Source: Lama glama (lineage: Eukaryota). From it: a stretch of DNA of 64,000 bases. The notes beneath the pieces were generated by a model, which saw only the letters and a list, made by a program, of their open reading frames with translations, did no database searches and had not been told where the DNA came from. Made by a program: the position numbers and the translations under genes. Shown here piece after piece: positions 35,904 to 50,129 of the stretch (its first letter is position 1; each line of letters begins with the position of its first letter). The stretch covers positions 5,644,001 through 5,708,000 of the forward strand of contig CM052817.1 of assembly GCA_028534125.1 (NCBI GenBank). The letters are read 5' to 3'.

Positions 35904-36290
35904 TGTATTAGTCAGGCTCTATTGCAATAATGCCGCTTAACAAACAATCCTTAAAATCTCAGTGCTAACAACAGTTACTTCTCATATTCAGAGGTAAGCT
36001 GTGGCTCCACGGGACTCTAATGGGCTTGACTAGATTCCAGATGGGCCTAAGTCTAGGCTGTGAGTTGGGTTCACATCAGCTTCATTTGGCTCTCAGAGGA
36101 GCCAGGAAAGGCACCTGAGCTCTCGGAGGCATGTCTCATTTAATGTCTCTGCCGGGTGTGCATTCTCTAAGTTGACTCACATTCCATTGGCCAAAGCCAG
36201 GTCACACAACCAGGCTCACCCGCAGTGGGATGGTGAAGTACATCACTCTCACAGGAGGTGGGGCAAACATCTGCTGAACAATAATACAGT
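35904..36290 (-). mobile_element. Old MLT1 (J/K-like) LTR
   Basis: tgtattagtcagg..attgcaataatgccgcttaacaaacaatcc..aaatctcagtg...cacattccattggccaaagc. Confidence 0.65.
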
Positions 36291-38384
36291 AACATGACCT
36301 CCTACAGTAATATTAAATGTTTCTTGGGTGCCCAATAGCTCCCAGGAAATGTTGTTATACAGGGATTCAGAGGTGGGTCAGACAGTGACTGCCCTCCAGG
36401 GCACTCTCCCATCTCTGTGGCAACTACAATGACAGGAGTGGACAGGAGGCCACCAGGAAGTCCCCAGGAGAACTTACCCAGCAAGAATGATTTTTATTTC
36501 TCATAAGCTCCATATACCAGGTATCACTATCTTCATTTTACATATAAGGAAACTGAGACTCGGACAGGTTAAGTCACTTCCTTTTTGTTCCACAGGTAGA
36601 AAGTGGCTGAGCCTGGAACCCAACCCTGGTGACCATCCCAAGGCTCTGATCTTTGCCTGACAGCTCCAGACTCAAGTGTGAAGTCAGGGACATTAGGAGT
36701 AAGATACAGTCTTATGGAGACTGTCAGTCCTGGCAGGAGTCTGGTCCCTGGTCCGCGTGCACGTGAGCTCTGGCAGACACATCTGTTAAGCCCAGCCCTT
36801 CACAGCTGGACTAGTGACTTCAACCACTTGAAGAGCAGACTCTCGTTAACAACTGCCAAGCCAGTGAGCTGTCCAGAAGCTGCTTTCTGCATTGCCTTGG
36901 GATGCTGAGCCTGTGCTCAAGCCAAAGGCGCCCTCCCGGTGTCCTTGGGGGAAATATATATATCCCAGGCGACTGCTGCTCACAGAAAGCCCCTGTTCTC
37001 CATCCACACAGTCTCCAGAGCTCCGGCTGGTGCCTGGCGTGGAGCAGGGGCTGAATAACAGGGTGTGGAATGAGTGAGTGAATGGCTGGATACCCAGAGA
37101 GGCTGCAGAGTCCATCGGGAAGAGAGCAGATGAGATTTATTTTTGTCCCTATCCGCTCTCTGGTCCTTTGGAGGGATTTTAGCTGGAATGGGTCTGGTGC
37201 ACACAAACACCAGAGTCTCTCAGGGGTACAGGCACAGAGGGGAGCTCTCTTGGGCATCTCAGTAAACACTGGGGCAGAATGCCCTTGTCTGTTCTTTTCT
37301 GAGAAGTGACCTCGGTGTTCATTATGCTCTATCAGCTGACTTTAGCCCTTAACTCAAATATTCCACTGGTGCAGAGTACCTTAGCCCAGACAAATCGTAA
37401 GTGGTACCTCCCCGGTCAACTGCACGGTCATGGTCCTGTATCCCAACACCCACTACAATCAGGGCCTGCCAGAGAAGCCTAATTTTCATCGTGGGTTATT
37501 TATAACCAAATCACAGTGGGGATCATCATGTAAAGAGAGCTGTTGCCTCCCCTCCCCCAAGGCCGTCACTCTCTCCATTTCGTGTAAGGCTTCTGGCTGC
37601 AGTGATAAGACTTAATGAACAGGCTTGTGAATTGGCAAGTGCGAACAGCAAAGGAGTTTTATGACTCTTATCTTTGAGAGAAAAGAACCCCAGAGATAAA
37701 AGGGCCCTTAGAGGTTTTCTAGTCGGACTGCCCCACGTTGCAGAGGAAGAAACTAGAAGATCAAAAAACTTCACTAAGTGGTTGAAGTCAGATAGTTAGG
37801 AAGAAGGTGGGGGGTGTGGAAATCTGAGTCTCCAGTCCTAACTCAGGCTTAGTCACTTATAATAGGTATGCTTTTGAGTCAGTTACCAGTGTTTCTGGGC
37901 TTGAGTTTGCTTTTCTGGAAAGAGGGGAGAGTAATATCTGTTCGGTGATGGTCAGAGACGAATGTATAAGTCGATGGCTTCTGGGAGTTGCTCCAGTGAT
38001 GCTGGAGTAAAAGAGTTTGTGCCAGGGTGACCATCCTCTTCCCATCACCGCACATTGCTTCAACTAGCTTCACGCTGCTGCAGAATAACAGACTTCCACG
38101 TTCCCTGCTTCTCAGTGTGACTCATTTTGGTTTTTTGTGGACACAGAACAGGCAGCATCCTATGGGAGCCCCTGTTCCTCTAGGGACAGAAGATGCTGGC
38201 GGGAGGGGTCAAGGACTGAGGGAAAGGTAGACTCACGCCACGATCTCCAGGACCCCCGTGCTTTGGTGGGTTCTCAGTCTTCGGCGAATCGCTCTGCAGA
38301 GAAGCTTTCTGCGCCCCCTCCCACAGAAGTCTGCTGCCCCAAGCTCCCCTGAGTGGCGGCTCTGGTGAACTCTCAAAAGGCAGC

Positions 38385-38515
38385 CCTCCACAAGCCAAGG
38401 AGAGCGTCCTCAAGAAGAAACCAACCCTGCTGATACCTTGATGTTGGGCTTACAGCCTCCAGAACTGTCAGACAACAAACTCCTGCTGTTGAAGCCGCCC
38501 AGCACCCTAGAAAAC
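38385..38515 (+). mobile_element. MLT1A/B LTR fragment
   Basis: caagccaaggagag..ctcaagaagaaaccaaccctgctgataccttgatgttggg..cagcctccagaactgt. Confidence 0.7.
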
Positions 38516-41500
38516 TCTACAGTCATGGCACTTTTTGTAGTTGGAGGTCTGTGGGCGTCATTCTCATGGTGCTACAGTAAAAAAACACAGCTCCTCCTCC
38601 TGCCACAGACGCAAACACTCACACATTCTAAGGAGGAGCTGATGAAACTCAACAATGGAACTAGGGGACAGTGGGACCTCATTCAGCACCAGTCTGTGTG
38701 CCCAACTTGGGGATCACTGGGAACCCGTCCTCAGATGTGACACAGACAGAGGCTTGGGAGGCACTTGCTAACTGGGGTGTGCCTTCCCCAGCGTGTTCGG
38801 GGACAGCCAGCGCCACACCTGGGAGAGAAGGGCTCTGAGGGAGGCACGTGCGTGGAGGATGGGAGGGGACTTTCTCCTCTTGGGGCGGCTGTGATGCGCT
38901 GCAGCAATGCGTCTCCCCCCGTGGGTGGGCAGTAAGGGGAGCTCCCTGGTCTTGCCTCACTCAGGTTTCCCAGAGGAGGTCGATCACAGGACCTTTTATG
39001 GAGGAGCTCAAATAACTTCTTCAGGAATCCTTGTAGACACCAGGCTGCAGGAACATGTCACAAAGCCATTTCAGGTATGTGGTGCCAGAGGAGATGAGAC
39101 TTGCTTAGAGTGTATGATGGAAGGAGGGAAGGAGACCTGGACCCTGGGCCTGGCTTGGCGCTGTCTTGCTGTTTGATCTGGAGAACCACTGATCCTCTGT
39201 ATGTTTCAATCCCTCCAATTCTGTCTGTTTATAAGGTGAGATTAACAGTAGTTGGGTTATTTGAGGATTAAATACAAGTTCACGGGAAGTGCTTAGAGTA
39301 GCCTGGCACACTCTGTGAGCTACTGGGAAATGCGGTGACAGCACGGCGATGATGACGGCGTCCTGGGCTTTGTGTTTGTGATTTTGCTACATCGTCTCGT
39401 AATATTGTTGTTGATTGATTGCATCTCTGCCAAGAACTATGCTAAGTACTTTCTATACAGAATCTACTGTAACCTTCAAAACAACCATGAAAATAGGCAA
39501 CATTCTCCTCATTTTACAGATGAGAAAACTAAGGCTCAAAAAACTTCTGCCCCTTTCCCACGATCCCATAGCCAATAAACAGCAAAGCCAGGATCCAGTC
39601 CCAGCCTGAGATATCTCATTATCACTAAAAGAGCAATTCACTGTCCATCAAGAGACACTGGGGAAGTCGTTGCCTGCCTGCCTGCCTGCCTGCCAGAGAG
39701 GCTCTCCATTGCCCTCAGAACCCTCACTCTCATCAGATACTTTTAGTAGCACTTGTTACTACTTGACATTAAATTACACATCTGCAATCTGCCTGGCCCA
39801 GTGCGGGGAAGGCAGCGCTCCTGACTCTTCTTTAACTGTGGTGTCCTTAGTGCCCAGAACCCAGCTGACAGCTAGAGCAGGCAGGCTCTCAATAAATACT
39901 TGTTTGATAAATGAATGAATGATACACTTATTAGACACCTCCTATGTGCCGGTGAATGTTAGAGCCTGTGGCTACAATAGTCACCAGCACAGGATGCTTC
40001 TGGGTTGGGACAAAGCTTTGAAGAAGTTACGATGTAGTGGGCTTAGCCTCACGGTGACCTGGGAGAATGGGCTTTCTCGTCCCTTCATGATACTTCTCTT
40101 GAAGGATGGAAAAATGGCACTTTGCCACCTGGATCCCAGGGCAGGTGAGAACCACTGAAGAGGATGCACTTGACTCAGAATAGCCTTTTGGGAGATGCTT
40201 GTAGTGGCCAGAGAAGCATCTGATGGGCTTTTAAGACTCTTAAAAACTGGAAGAGACCAAGTTCATCAATTTCTTCCTGAGCCGCCTTCCCAGGACGCGC
40301 CTTTACCTGATGATGTCCACCTGCCTAGTTTGGGCAGGTGTTTATGTGCAGAGCTGGGGTCTGGGCTCCAAAAAAGCGACCCTGTTTCATAGAATAATCC
40401 CAGCTCTAATTGGCACCCAGCCTTTTGGTGTGTGGACAGAGAGGAGAAATATCATGACTCTGGAAAAAAGGAGGCGGCTCCTTCACAAGGGACAAGTTCA
40501 GGTGAGGTCCTCTCCCCCATGCCTTTGGCCCTTGTAGCCCTCTGGCCTTGGTCACCTGCCACTCCTGCTCTCGCTCGGGGCTGCAGCCATGTCGAAGCGA
40601 GAACACACCATGCTGTTTCACGTTCCCACGCCTCTGCTGATCCTACTTCCAGAATGCTCTTTCTCCTTTCTCCACCTTACAGATTTCTATACTCCTTCAA
40701 GGTTTAGCTGAGGTGTCTTCTCCTCCAGGAAGCCATCCCTGACTCCATCACCTTCCCTGCTAATACTGGGTCAGCTGCCCCTCATTACAATCCATATCCT
40801 GTCCTGACATTTGTCACACACCCTCCTTGTCTACTCAGCTTTCTCCCCCACTGGACTAGCTCTTCAGCAGCAGGCACTGGGCCCCTTGCTGCCTTGCAAT
40901 CCCGGGCGGAGCGTCTGTGCGTGATGGGTGCCTCCCAAAGACTCCACAAGCTCAAATAACCAGCATTGACCTGGAGGAATCATGCTGACATCGCTGGGGT
41001 GCAGGTGCCAGGTTGCCCCAAATCAACCTTAGATTTGATGGAAGATTTGGCCAGAATCCAACATCAATCACCCAAATCCAAGGCCAGCTGCCAGCGGCCA
41101 GGGCAGTTTCTCTAAGGAGAGCTGCAGAAAGGCTGGTCATGTGTGTGTTTCTTGTTATTCTCTAGGCTCTGGGCTGAAATCATTACAGTGCACCCTCACC
41201 CCGTGAGCGAGGTTGGATGCCGTGGGTCTCTGTGAGCCCCTCAATTAGTCTACTCCAGGCCTCACTCCTTTCCTCTCCCGTCCTGCTACACCCTGCCCTC
41301 TGGCAGCCGGGTCAGCTCCAAGCCATGGTGAATGTCTCTGGGATGTGCCCTGGCTTCGTGGCTCTGTCCTCGGCCAGGAGGAAGCTGCCCATCACAGTGT
41401 CTGGGCTGGACTTTTGGGCCTCTGCTCACTCCTCTTCTGGCAGCTCTGCACAGCTTCCCTCTACTGCAGGCCAGATTTTTCTCCGAGAACCCATTTCCAT

Positions 41501-41919
41501 TTTGATGAGGTTTTTGGCACCCCAGGGCCAGCGCCAGTCCATCCTGGTGTCCTCGGCAGTCGGCACATTACACACCTGTCTTTCAGGAGCCTTTAATCAC
41601 ATTCAGACTTTACAGCACAGGTTTGGGGCTTTTGGTGGTGCTTTGCCTGTATCAGCCACAGTGGGAGCCACGCAGCCTTCAGGGCGACAGGTGGTGCCCT
41701 GCTGAGGGACTGGGCTCGGTCAGCTCGAGAGGGGATCACGGCAGCCACTCTGGGGGATGGAGCAGAACTCTTTTGACACCTAAGTCACTTAATGAGTTGA
41801 TGGTTGCTGTGGGGATTGTGGTTTTGCACGTGAGGAGACTGAGGTTCAGCAGGGCTATGGAGTCTGGGAGAAAGAGCTTCCAATCTGCCCCGGGGGAGGG
41901 GGCTGCCAAGGACAGGTGG

Positions 41920-42770
41920 CCCTTGAGATGAGACTTGGAGGAGAGCTAGGAGTTTTTCAGGGTAAAATAGATGGAAGGGCATTCAAGGCAGAGAGAACAG
42001 CATCTGCAAAATCTGAGAGTGGGAAAGGAATGAAGTGGGGGCAGGAACGGCGAGCAGGACTAGAACAGAGCATTCACGGAGGTGAGCGTGGGGGAAGCAG
42101 GCCCAGGCCACAGGGTGAGGCTCCTGTGAGTCACACAACGGGGCAGGAATGAGGATTCATGGAAGTTTTGAGAGGGGTGTTAAGGGACACATCTGTGCTT
42201 TAGAATGGTCCTGCTGCAGAGGGGACAGTGGTGTGAGAGGGAGCAGTTCTGGAGCTGTTGTAATGATGCAGAAGGGTGATGACCAGGCTCCGGATGGTAG
42301 GACAGTGGGTGAGGCGGGGAGGAAAGAGAAACACACTTTCAGCGTCCTCAGGACCCAGACGCTGAGTGCGGGGGGAAGAGAGCACAGTCCGCGTGGCTCT
42401 CGGGTTGCAGCCTGGGCAGGCGGGCGATGCCGTGGTCCTCCGAGTGAGCGCAGCTGCAGGAGGAACAAGTGTGATACAGAAGGAGGGGACACGCTGATCT
42501 GCAGCACCTGAGGGGTGTCTGGGGGCGCTGTCCAGCAGGTACTTGAACTACGTCTGCCGCTGGGAAGGGGTTCTGGCAGGAGACAGTCATCTGTCAGTCC
42601 TTGATTGGTTGGGTTGTCGAAACCATGGAAATGAGAGATACTGTCCAGGGATGGCATTTGAATGTGAGATGGGATGAAGGCTGAAGGTGGGCCCTCAGGA
42701 AGGGCAGGAAGAGCAGGAGTCAGCAAAGAAAGCTGAGCAGGAACGTTCGGAGAGGAAGGAGGCCCCGGGC
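41920..42770 (-). mobile_element. Ancient LINE-2 fragment
   Basis: Purine-rich degenerate L2 antisense motifs (ggcattcaaggcagagagaacagcatctgcaaa, tgtccagcagg, aaaccatggaaatgag). Confidence 0.6.
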
Positions 42771-44017
42771 ACCCCTTGTCGGACAATTCACCAGGCTACG
42801 AGTCACACTGGGGACCATCAGACCTCCCCGGGTGGGTCAGAGGAAGCAACCTGGAGGGGGAGACCCCCAAATTGAGCCTTGAAGAGTGACTCTGCACCTG
42901 GTGAGGAAGGAGGGACATCGGGAGGACAAAGAGGATGCGCTGAGGGCTAACACGTTTCAATAACTGACATTCTGGGGAAAATCTGGAAGCAGGCTAGTGA
43001 AGGGGCAAGTCCTTCGTTCTGGACATCTTTCTAATACACAAGCCTGACCTGGTCATTCTTGGGCTTCAAAGAGCATCCGAAGTCCCCCCGGAGTCTCCGG
43101 CAGATTTCCCTAGTGTCCCGTGGAACTATTACAGGTGTTCTGTTCCCCCGGCCAGATGTGTTTGGGAAAGGATGGATTAGACGAGGTTAAACAGGGGATA
43201 ATAGAAGGGACCCCGCAAACCCCTGTGGCTATGGAACCCCTCTTTCTTGGGGGCCCCAGGGCCTGGGATTTCATGAAACACAGTTCAGAAATGCTGGTCT
43301 TCTGCACAAAGTACGTATTCCTCCAAATGGCATGTTTGCTTTTTGAGTTTAGAATCTCACTGCATCTTTGTAACCTCCTAGAACACGCTGCACTCTGGCC
43401 ACACCAGCCTCACGCATGCTCCCCATCTGCTGTGTTGTCACACGTTGTTGGGGCCCTTTCCCTTTTGCTGGCAAGGTCCTTTCTCATATCTGTGGCTCCT
43501 GCCAGTGAGAGGCCCCCTCCTCCAGGAAGTCTTCTCTGGTTCTCTCAGTCGGGTTAGGTGCCCTCCCGTAATGCCCCCTCCTGCCCTCCAAGCCTGTGCT
43601 CACCCGTGGTGCTGAAATGGTGCTCCTGCTGCCTTTTTCATCAGACTTCGCTCCCTTCAGTGACAGGATTGCATTGGACTTATCTTTTGTGTTCCCAGGG
43701 TTGACCGCATGCTGAGTGCTTCTAATGATAGTTTTTGAGTTAATGGAAAGATGGAGAGAGGCAGAGACAGAGCTTGTGGTGTAAAATTTCTGCCGGAGCA
43801 ATCTTTGGCCAGCTGTCACCAATCTACCAGCAATTCCTTATGTTCCAGAGCCCGTCTGGTATATGAGGCACTTTCTCATATGCTCTCTCACTTCCTGAGA
43901 TAAATATGGTTTCACATTTAAGAAGAGATTTTGTAACGCTCCTGCCAGTGGCTCATACCCACAAATAAAGATCGCCCACATGTGGGATGAAGTCAGAAAA
44001 CTGTCCTGTCCCCCCCA

Positions 44018-44076
44018 CTTTTTTTTAAATTGAGTTATAGTGAGTTTACAATGTTGTGTCAATTTCCAGCGTGGAG
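44018..44076 (-). mobile_element. Extremely truncated (~60 bp) young L1 3' tip
   Basis: tttttttttaaattgagttatagtgagtttacaatgttgtgtcaatttccagcgtggagc is the reverse complement of the tail type seen at 62871-63058. Confidence 0.75.
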
Positions 44077-45276
44077 CCCTTTTAAAACACATTTATAAGG
44101 TGAACAGCAGTGTGAGCCCTGGAGGAAACACTGTCTCTTGGCTTGGGAGCCTCTCCCTTCGGTCTTATTTGGACTTGGGGTCAAGGCTGCCCTGCACAAC
44201 CCAGCGGTGCCATTCACACAAAAGAAGGGGCCACAGGATGGCCCTGGCTTGGAAGAGCCCTGGCCGGCACCGCTTCCTTCTTGTATTAGACGCTGGGCTC
44301 TCACTGAAGCCCTGGAGGTGGGAAACTTTATGTTTGGGCCAACTGGTCTTTCTTGGAAGACCTGTGAAGCAACTGAGAAGAAAAGAGGCCGGGTCTGTGT
44401 GCATCATTTTGGAGATGATTCTAATTTGCCCTATTTGGGAAAATCCATTCATTTTTCTGATATGATGTGGCATGGTAAAATGAACATTAGTCTAGGATTT
44501 AGTGTATTTAGGCTCAAATACAACTTCATCGCTCATCATCTGGGGAATCTCGGGCAGGTGTCCCAGACGTCAGACTAATTTTCTGTCAAATTGTATAGGG
44601 TGGTGAGGGCAGGGTGGGTGGGTCAGAAGTCCCTGGACATCACGTCCTGCCTTCCCCAGGCTCAGATGCTGAGGTTTGTGGGAGCACAGGTGCTGGGCTC
44701 AGAGGCTGGGGAGCATCTGGGGGTTGGAGGGATTAAGGTTGGCAGTGGGTAGCCAGATGCCTCTCCCATGCAAACAGAAAACACTCTACTGACCACTGGG
44801 AAGAGATGGTACCGAGCAGGGAGGTTCTCCTGTGCGCACTGCGACAAAGAGAAGGGAGCAGAGTGGGCATGGCAGAGGAGGAAGAATTGGGGGAGGGCTG
44901 CAGAGAGGCAGCAGGCAGCAGAGAAAAATCCAAACCACCCTTCAGCCTGGCCTGCACGGCTCCCCGTGACCTGCCCTTTTCCAACCTCTGCTGGGATAAA
45001 TTCTTCAACCTCGGTGGTTAAATGGTGAGACAAATATCTGAACTGGCAGGGCTGTCATGAAGATTAGAGAGAAATCATCCCAGGCATCCAGCACGGCTCA
45101 GTACATTATAGATCCTGCTACTGGTGCCGATGACTTTCCCTGAGCCCGACCACCCCAGCACTACTGTGTCCACCCCACCATGCCCTTCATCCACGTGACG
45201 TGTTGCTAAACCAGTTCTCCCCATCTTAGACTTGTGCATGGTGGCACTCTAGAGGGAACTGTGTCCAGCCTACCCA

Positions 45277-45951
45277 TTTTAATTTTTAATTTTTTATTGA
45301 AGTTTAGTTGATATACAATGTTGTGTTAGTTTCTGGTGTACAGCACAGTGATTCAGTTATATATATATTCTTTTTCATTATAGGTTATTACAAGATATTG
45401 ATTGCAGTTCCTTGTATTATACAATAGGACCTTGTTGTTTATGTATTTTATATATGGTAGTTTGTATCTGCTAATTCCAAACTCCTAGTTTAGCCCTCCT
45501 CTGCCTTCCCCTTTGATAACTATAAGTTTATTTTCTATGTCTGTGAGTCTCTTTCTGTCTTGTAAACAAGTTCATTTGTATCATTTTTAAGATTCCACAT
45601 GTAAGTGATATCATATGAAATTTGTCTTTCTCTGAATGATTTACTTCACTGACTATGATAATCTCTAGGTCCATCCATGTTGCTGCCAATGTCATTATTT
45701 TATTCTTTTTATGGCTGAGTAGTATTCCACTGTATATATACACAACATCTTCTTTATCCAGTTATCTATCAATAGACATTTAGGTGGCTTCCATGTCTTG
45801 GCTATTGTAAGTAGTATTGCTATGAACATCGAGATGCATGTATCTTTTTGAATTAGAGTTTTCTCCAGATATATGCCCATAAGTGGGATTGCTGGATCAT
45901 ACGGTAAGTCTATCTTTAGTTTTTTAAGGAATCCCCACTGTTTTCTACAGT
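45277..45951 (-). mobile_element. 5'-truncated LINE-1 (ORF2 C-terminus plus 3' UTR)
   Basis: ORFs 45695-45958 and 45528-45743 give FLKKLKIDLPYDPAIPLMGIYLEKTLIQKDTC...MTLAATWMDLEIIIVSEV, the L1 ORF2p end, with a frameshift. Confidence 0.95.
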
Positions 45952-46989
45952 CAGCCAACCTACCTTACAGGTGGGCACTTGCGATCCGTGAGTAAGTTCG
46001 ATGCTGTTCTTGTGTTCTCATTCTCTAGCCATCCAATGTGAAGTCACAACCCAGACACCTCCCAGCACATCACCATCTTCTAATTATTTGCACTGTATTT
46101 ATTAGCATTTGATTATTTTTTATGGCCTATGTATCTATTTTCCATCTCCCTCCACTTGAGTGTCAGCTTCATTATAGCTGGAAATTGTTTTTTACCCCCA
46201 TATCCCCAGCATCTGGAACACAGCCAGACACATAGTAGGGGGGCACAGTAAGAGTGGTGAGGAGTCATCTTATGGGTGATGGTGGCCAGCTTTGTGACCT
46301 TGGACAAGTTGCTTTTCTAAGCCTAATTTTCTTCTGTGCTAAAATGGGGACAATAATACCTGGAGATACAGCCTGAAGTCAGGCATTTCCAAGGAGGCTT
46401 CAGGGAGATGCATCAAAGGATAACATTTTTGCAAACTCACCATGATCTGGCTTTTAGCCTTAAAGATGAAATCTTATAGCTGAGAAGTTGAACTGGGGGA
46501 TGACTCATTCCTACTAGTCTCACAAGAGACTAATATATAAACCAGCCATGATAATTTACTAATTTTTGCTGTGAAAAAGAAGATTCTTTAGAAAACCCTG
46601 AGCTCAAATTGGTTTCATCAGTTTGCTGGAAGCCAAATTGTAATGAGAAGCCTACCAGGGCATTGCAGAATGAGAAAAAGGGGCATGAGTTAATTGATAT
46701 AAATGTTTGTTATTTCTGGCATCTGGCTTTGAGAGCTATGCATTCATTGCCAGAATCAGGAGCGACTGGACAGGTTGCATCTATAAGGCAGGGCATCCTC
46801 GTCTTTGAGAAGACCAGTGGCCTCTCCCTGTTATACAGCAAGCGTTGTTTTTGGGCTTGCACAGGTGATCATCATCCCCACGTGATGGACAGAACCTGCC
46901 CTGGACTCTGCCAGCCTTAGTTTTGTCTTCTGAACACACTTTCCCATCTCCTTGTGGTTTTCTTGATTCTCCCTCCTTGATCCTAAGTG

Positions 46990-48034
46990 GCTCTGGGAGA
47001 GTTGTCAATTAGACTGGCCCTCTGCCCTGCCCACCACTTCTGGGTTGAGCATATGAGCAACTCAACCTGCCCTGGTCACAGTGATTGACTCAGGCACATA
47101 TATGTGACCTGGATAGGGGAATCTGAATCTTCATGAGATTGATGCCTGGATATTGGGGGAAGGGAGACTGAAAAGCCGGCCACGATAACCCCTCCCATCC
47201 TACACGCCCCTTTGCAATGTGACTTTAGGCACCTGCTGTTGGGTGGTAGAGTCTATTCCCCTCCCTTTGAATCTGGGCTGGTCCCACGACTTGGTTTGAT
47301 CAGTTGAAGAGATGTTGCCTGAGTTCTGAGCCTCAGCTTCTAGAGGCTTTGCAGATTGTGTTCTCACTGTGAGATTTCTGCTGCCTTGTGAGCAAGCCAG
47401 GCTGGAGCTTCTTTGAGATAGAAAGACTCCATGTAGAGAGAGGCAATGTAGACAGAGAGAAGCCCAGACCTCCTAGGTTTTCTGGCTCCTCCCAGTTGAG
47501 GCCCCGGACATGTGAATGAGGCCATTTGAGACCAACCAGCCTCCTGATGACACTGCCTGACCACAGATGACTGATTGGATCCAGAAGATATGATATGGAG
47601 CCAAAGAATTGCCCAGCTGAGCCTTGCCTGAACTGCTGACCCACAGAATTGTGAGCAGAAAAATGGTTGTTCTTTTAAGCCACAAAGTTTTGGGGAGTAT
47701 CTTTTTCCACAGCAATAGGTAACTGATACACTGGGAGGGAGAAGTTCTCCACTGGGGGGCCAATCTGAGAAGGTGCACAGCTGGGTCTACAGGAGGCTAC
47801 TATACTGAGAATCTCAAGAAGAGAAAGCCAAGTAGAGACGAGCAGAACCAAGAGATGACAGAGACAGAGTCGAAACCATGAATGATAATATTTGAGCTTC
47901 TGAATCCAGCCAAAACTTAAACTGACTGCCTTATCAGACTTCCTAGTTAAGCAAATAAAGAACTTCTTTTAATTTGTAAGTTAGTATGAGTTAGGATTCT
48001 GTCACCTGCATCTTAACGAGTCCTAACTGATACA
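46990..48034 (+). mobile_element. LTR16-like ERVL LTR with a nested MLT1E/F-like LTR (~47185-47730)
   Basis: Inner element: gcccctttgcaatgtgact...ctgacccacagaattgtgagcag..ttttaagccac...ggtaactgataca. Outer 3' end: ggattctgtcacctgca..gagtcctaactgataca. Confidence 0.65.
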
Positions 48035-49079
48035 CAGTCATTGGCTGGGTGTGTTAATCTATGCAGTTAGGTTTCAGCCAAATTTTATTGGCTTAATGAC
48101 TTCCAGTTCCTTAAAGTTAGTTCCCGTATCAGTCAAAATTCCCTGATTTTAAAAAATGATCTTGTTCACAATTAGTGTATTCATTTTCCAGCTCTCTATA
48201 TTTCGTTTACTATGCTCAAGGGACTGTGATTCCTGCTGGAGATTTAGCAGGTAATGTGATGTATCTAGTGCCCTAATCTCCACTTCACGCTAGTTAATTA
48301 GAATTGCCTTAAATTTCAAGGAGAAAAAGAAATGGCCATTCTGAGCACACACAATCTGCCCCCCAGTCTTGTGGGGAGACCCGCGGGGGCCGTGCGTGGA
48401 AACATCTAACATCGTTCCAGCATAAAAACATTTATTTTCACTCACGGGATGAAATTACAAGCCCATTTCTGAAGTATCTGAGCCCATCACTGAAAATCCC
48501 TCCTCTTAGACTTTCTTTTTTCACTTCTTAATCTTCCTTGGAATGCAACATTCTCAGTTTGCCAAATAGTGGGGCAGTGAGTAGCTGAGATAAGCTTACT
48601 CTAAATTCAAGAGGCATGTAGTCGTGGAACTGCTGGAGGCTTGGGCTTCCAACACACTTCTGAAATACTGCCTCTGTCTTCAGCACCCGCACTTCCTGCT
48701 GAGAACACAGGTTTTTTTTTTTTTTTTCCCTTTGCCTTTATTACTTCCAAGCTCTAGTTCTTGGCTGAGATAAACTGCAGTCCCAAATGCCATGATTTAA
48801 TAAGAGGAAATTTACTTGATTTAACGTACAAATGTGGCAGGGGAAGTGATTCTGATAAGGATAATTACATCCACATCTTAGTGTAAATTACAGCAAATGT
48901 CTGAAACTGTGAGCAGCCGCTGAGTCCCTATCACTCAACCCGACCTCCGTCCTTTGGGTGCACAACCAGCTAAGGAATGTTTAGTGGAAGCAGAATAAGA
49001 AGTCTGATTATAACCATCTGACATCCCTGAGTCCCATCATTTATTCACACAAGAAGTAGTATCAGAATAAGGTGTTTTC

Positions 49080-49237
49080 AGAGGAGGGTTTAGCTCAGTG
49101 GTAGAGTGCATGCTCAGCATGCTCGAGGTCATGGGTTTGATCCCTACTACCTCCATTAAATAAACAAAAAAACAAACAAACTTAATTACCTCCCACACCC
49201 CCAAAATAAAGAAAGAAACATATTCTTAAAAAAAAAA
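49080..49237 (+). mobile_element. tRNA-derived SINE (camelid Vic-1-like)
   Basis: Pol III A box tagctcagtgg and B box ggtttgatccc, A-rich tail, and a 16-bp TSD agaata(a/g)ggtgttttc at 49064 and 49238. Confidence 0.9.
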
Positions 49238-50129
49238 AGAATAGGGTGTTTTCTGCATAGCCCTAGGTCCAGCCAGAGGTGGAGGCTGTGGGAGGGCTGG
49301 TCCCAGGCATATTTAGGAAGCGGTGTTGGTTCCACACTCATGATTTTTCAATCCAGACCAAAACCACTGACCAGCTTTATCTCCCAATTTTACCCTCATA
49401 GGAACCACATTTGGCCACACCAGTAGTTTGCTATTCCTTGAATATGGTATTTACTTGTTACTTGTTATTTCCATGCCTTTTGGTCGCATATTCCTCCCCC
49501 CTCTTGTCTCAATCTGATGGAATCCTAATCCTCATCTGAGATGCAGCTCATTTGTAACCACTTGATGCTAAAACGTCTGCGCTAATCACCCTGAGCCACA
49601 GTCACCCTGTCCTCAGGGCTCCCATCACACCCTCTTTATATCTACGTCGTGGCATTTATTTGTTCAGTCAATATGTAGTGAACACTTACCAAGAATATGG
49701 GGTCCTGAGATGAATCAGTCATTTTCTTGTAGGATCTCAGAGTCTAGTTGGGGAGACATTCAAGTAGTAAAAGATCACCCAGTTCTCATGGAGTGATATA
49801 TTCCTCAATAAAGATGAACACAGGCCTCTGTGGGAGTCAAAGGGACAGAACCCAGCCAAGACTGGGGAATCATAGACGGAGTTCTAGAGGAAGGATGGTC
49901 TGGTATTCCCTAAAATTTTCTCAATATTTTGAAGGTAGAGATTGATTTTACCCACTTTGTATCCCCATTACCTAGGACAGATGTATAGGTAATGTTTGGG
50001 GGGCAGGGAAGAATGAATGAGACATTACTCCAGAAAATGTTAATTCTTGTATTTTGGGGGGGTCTGGAACCTAATCAGTACTAAATAACTAACTGAATAA
50101 TAAGAAAATGTAACCAAAAATAATGGATC

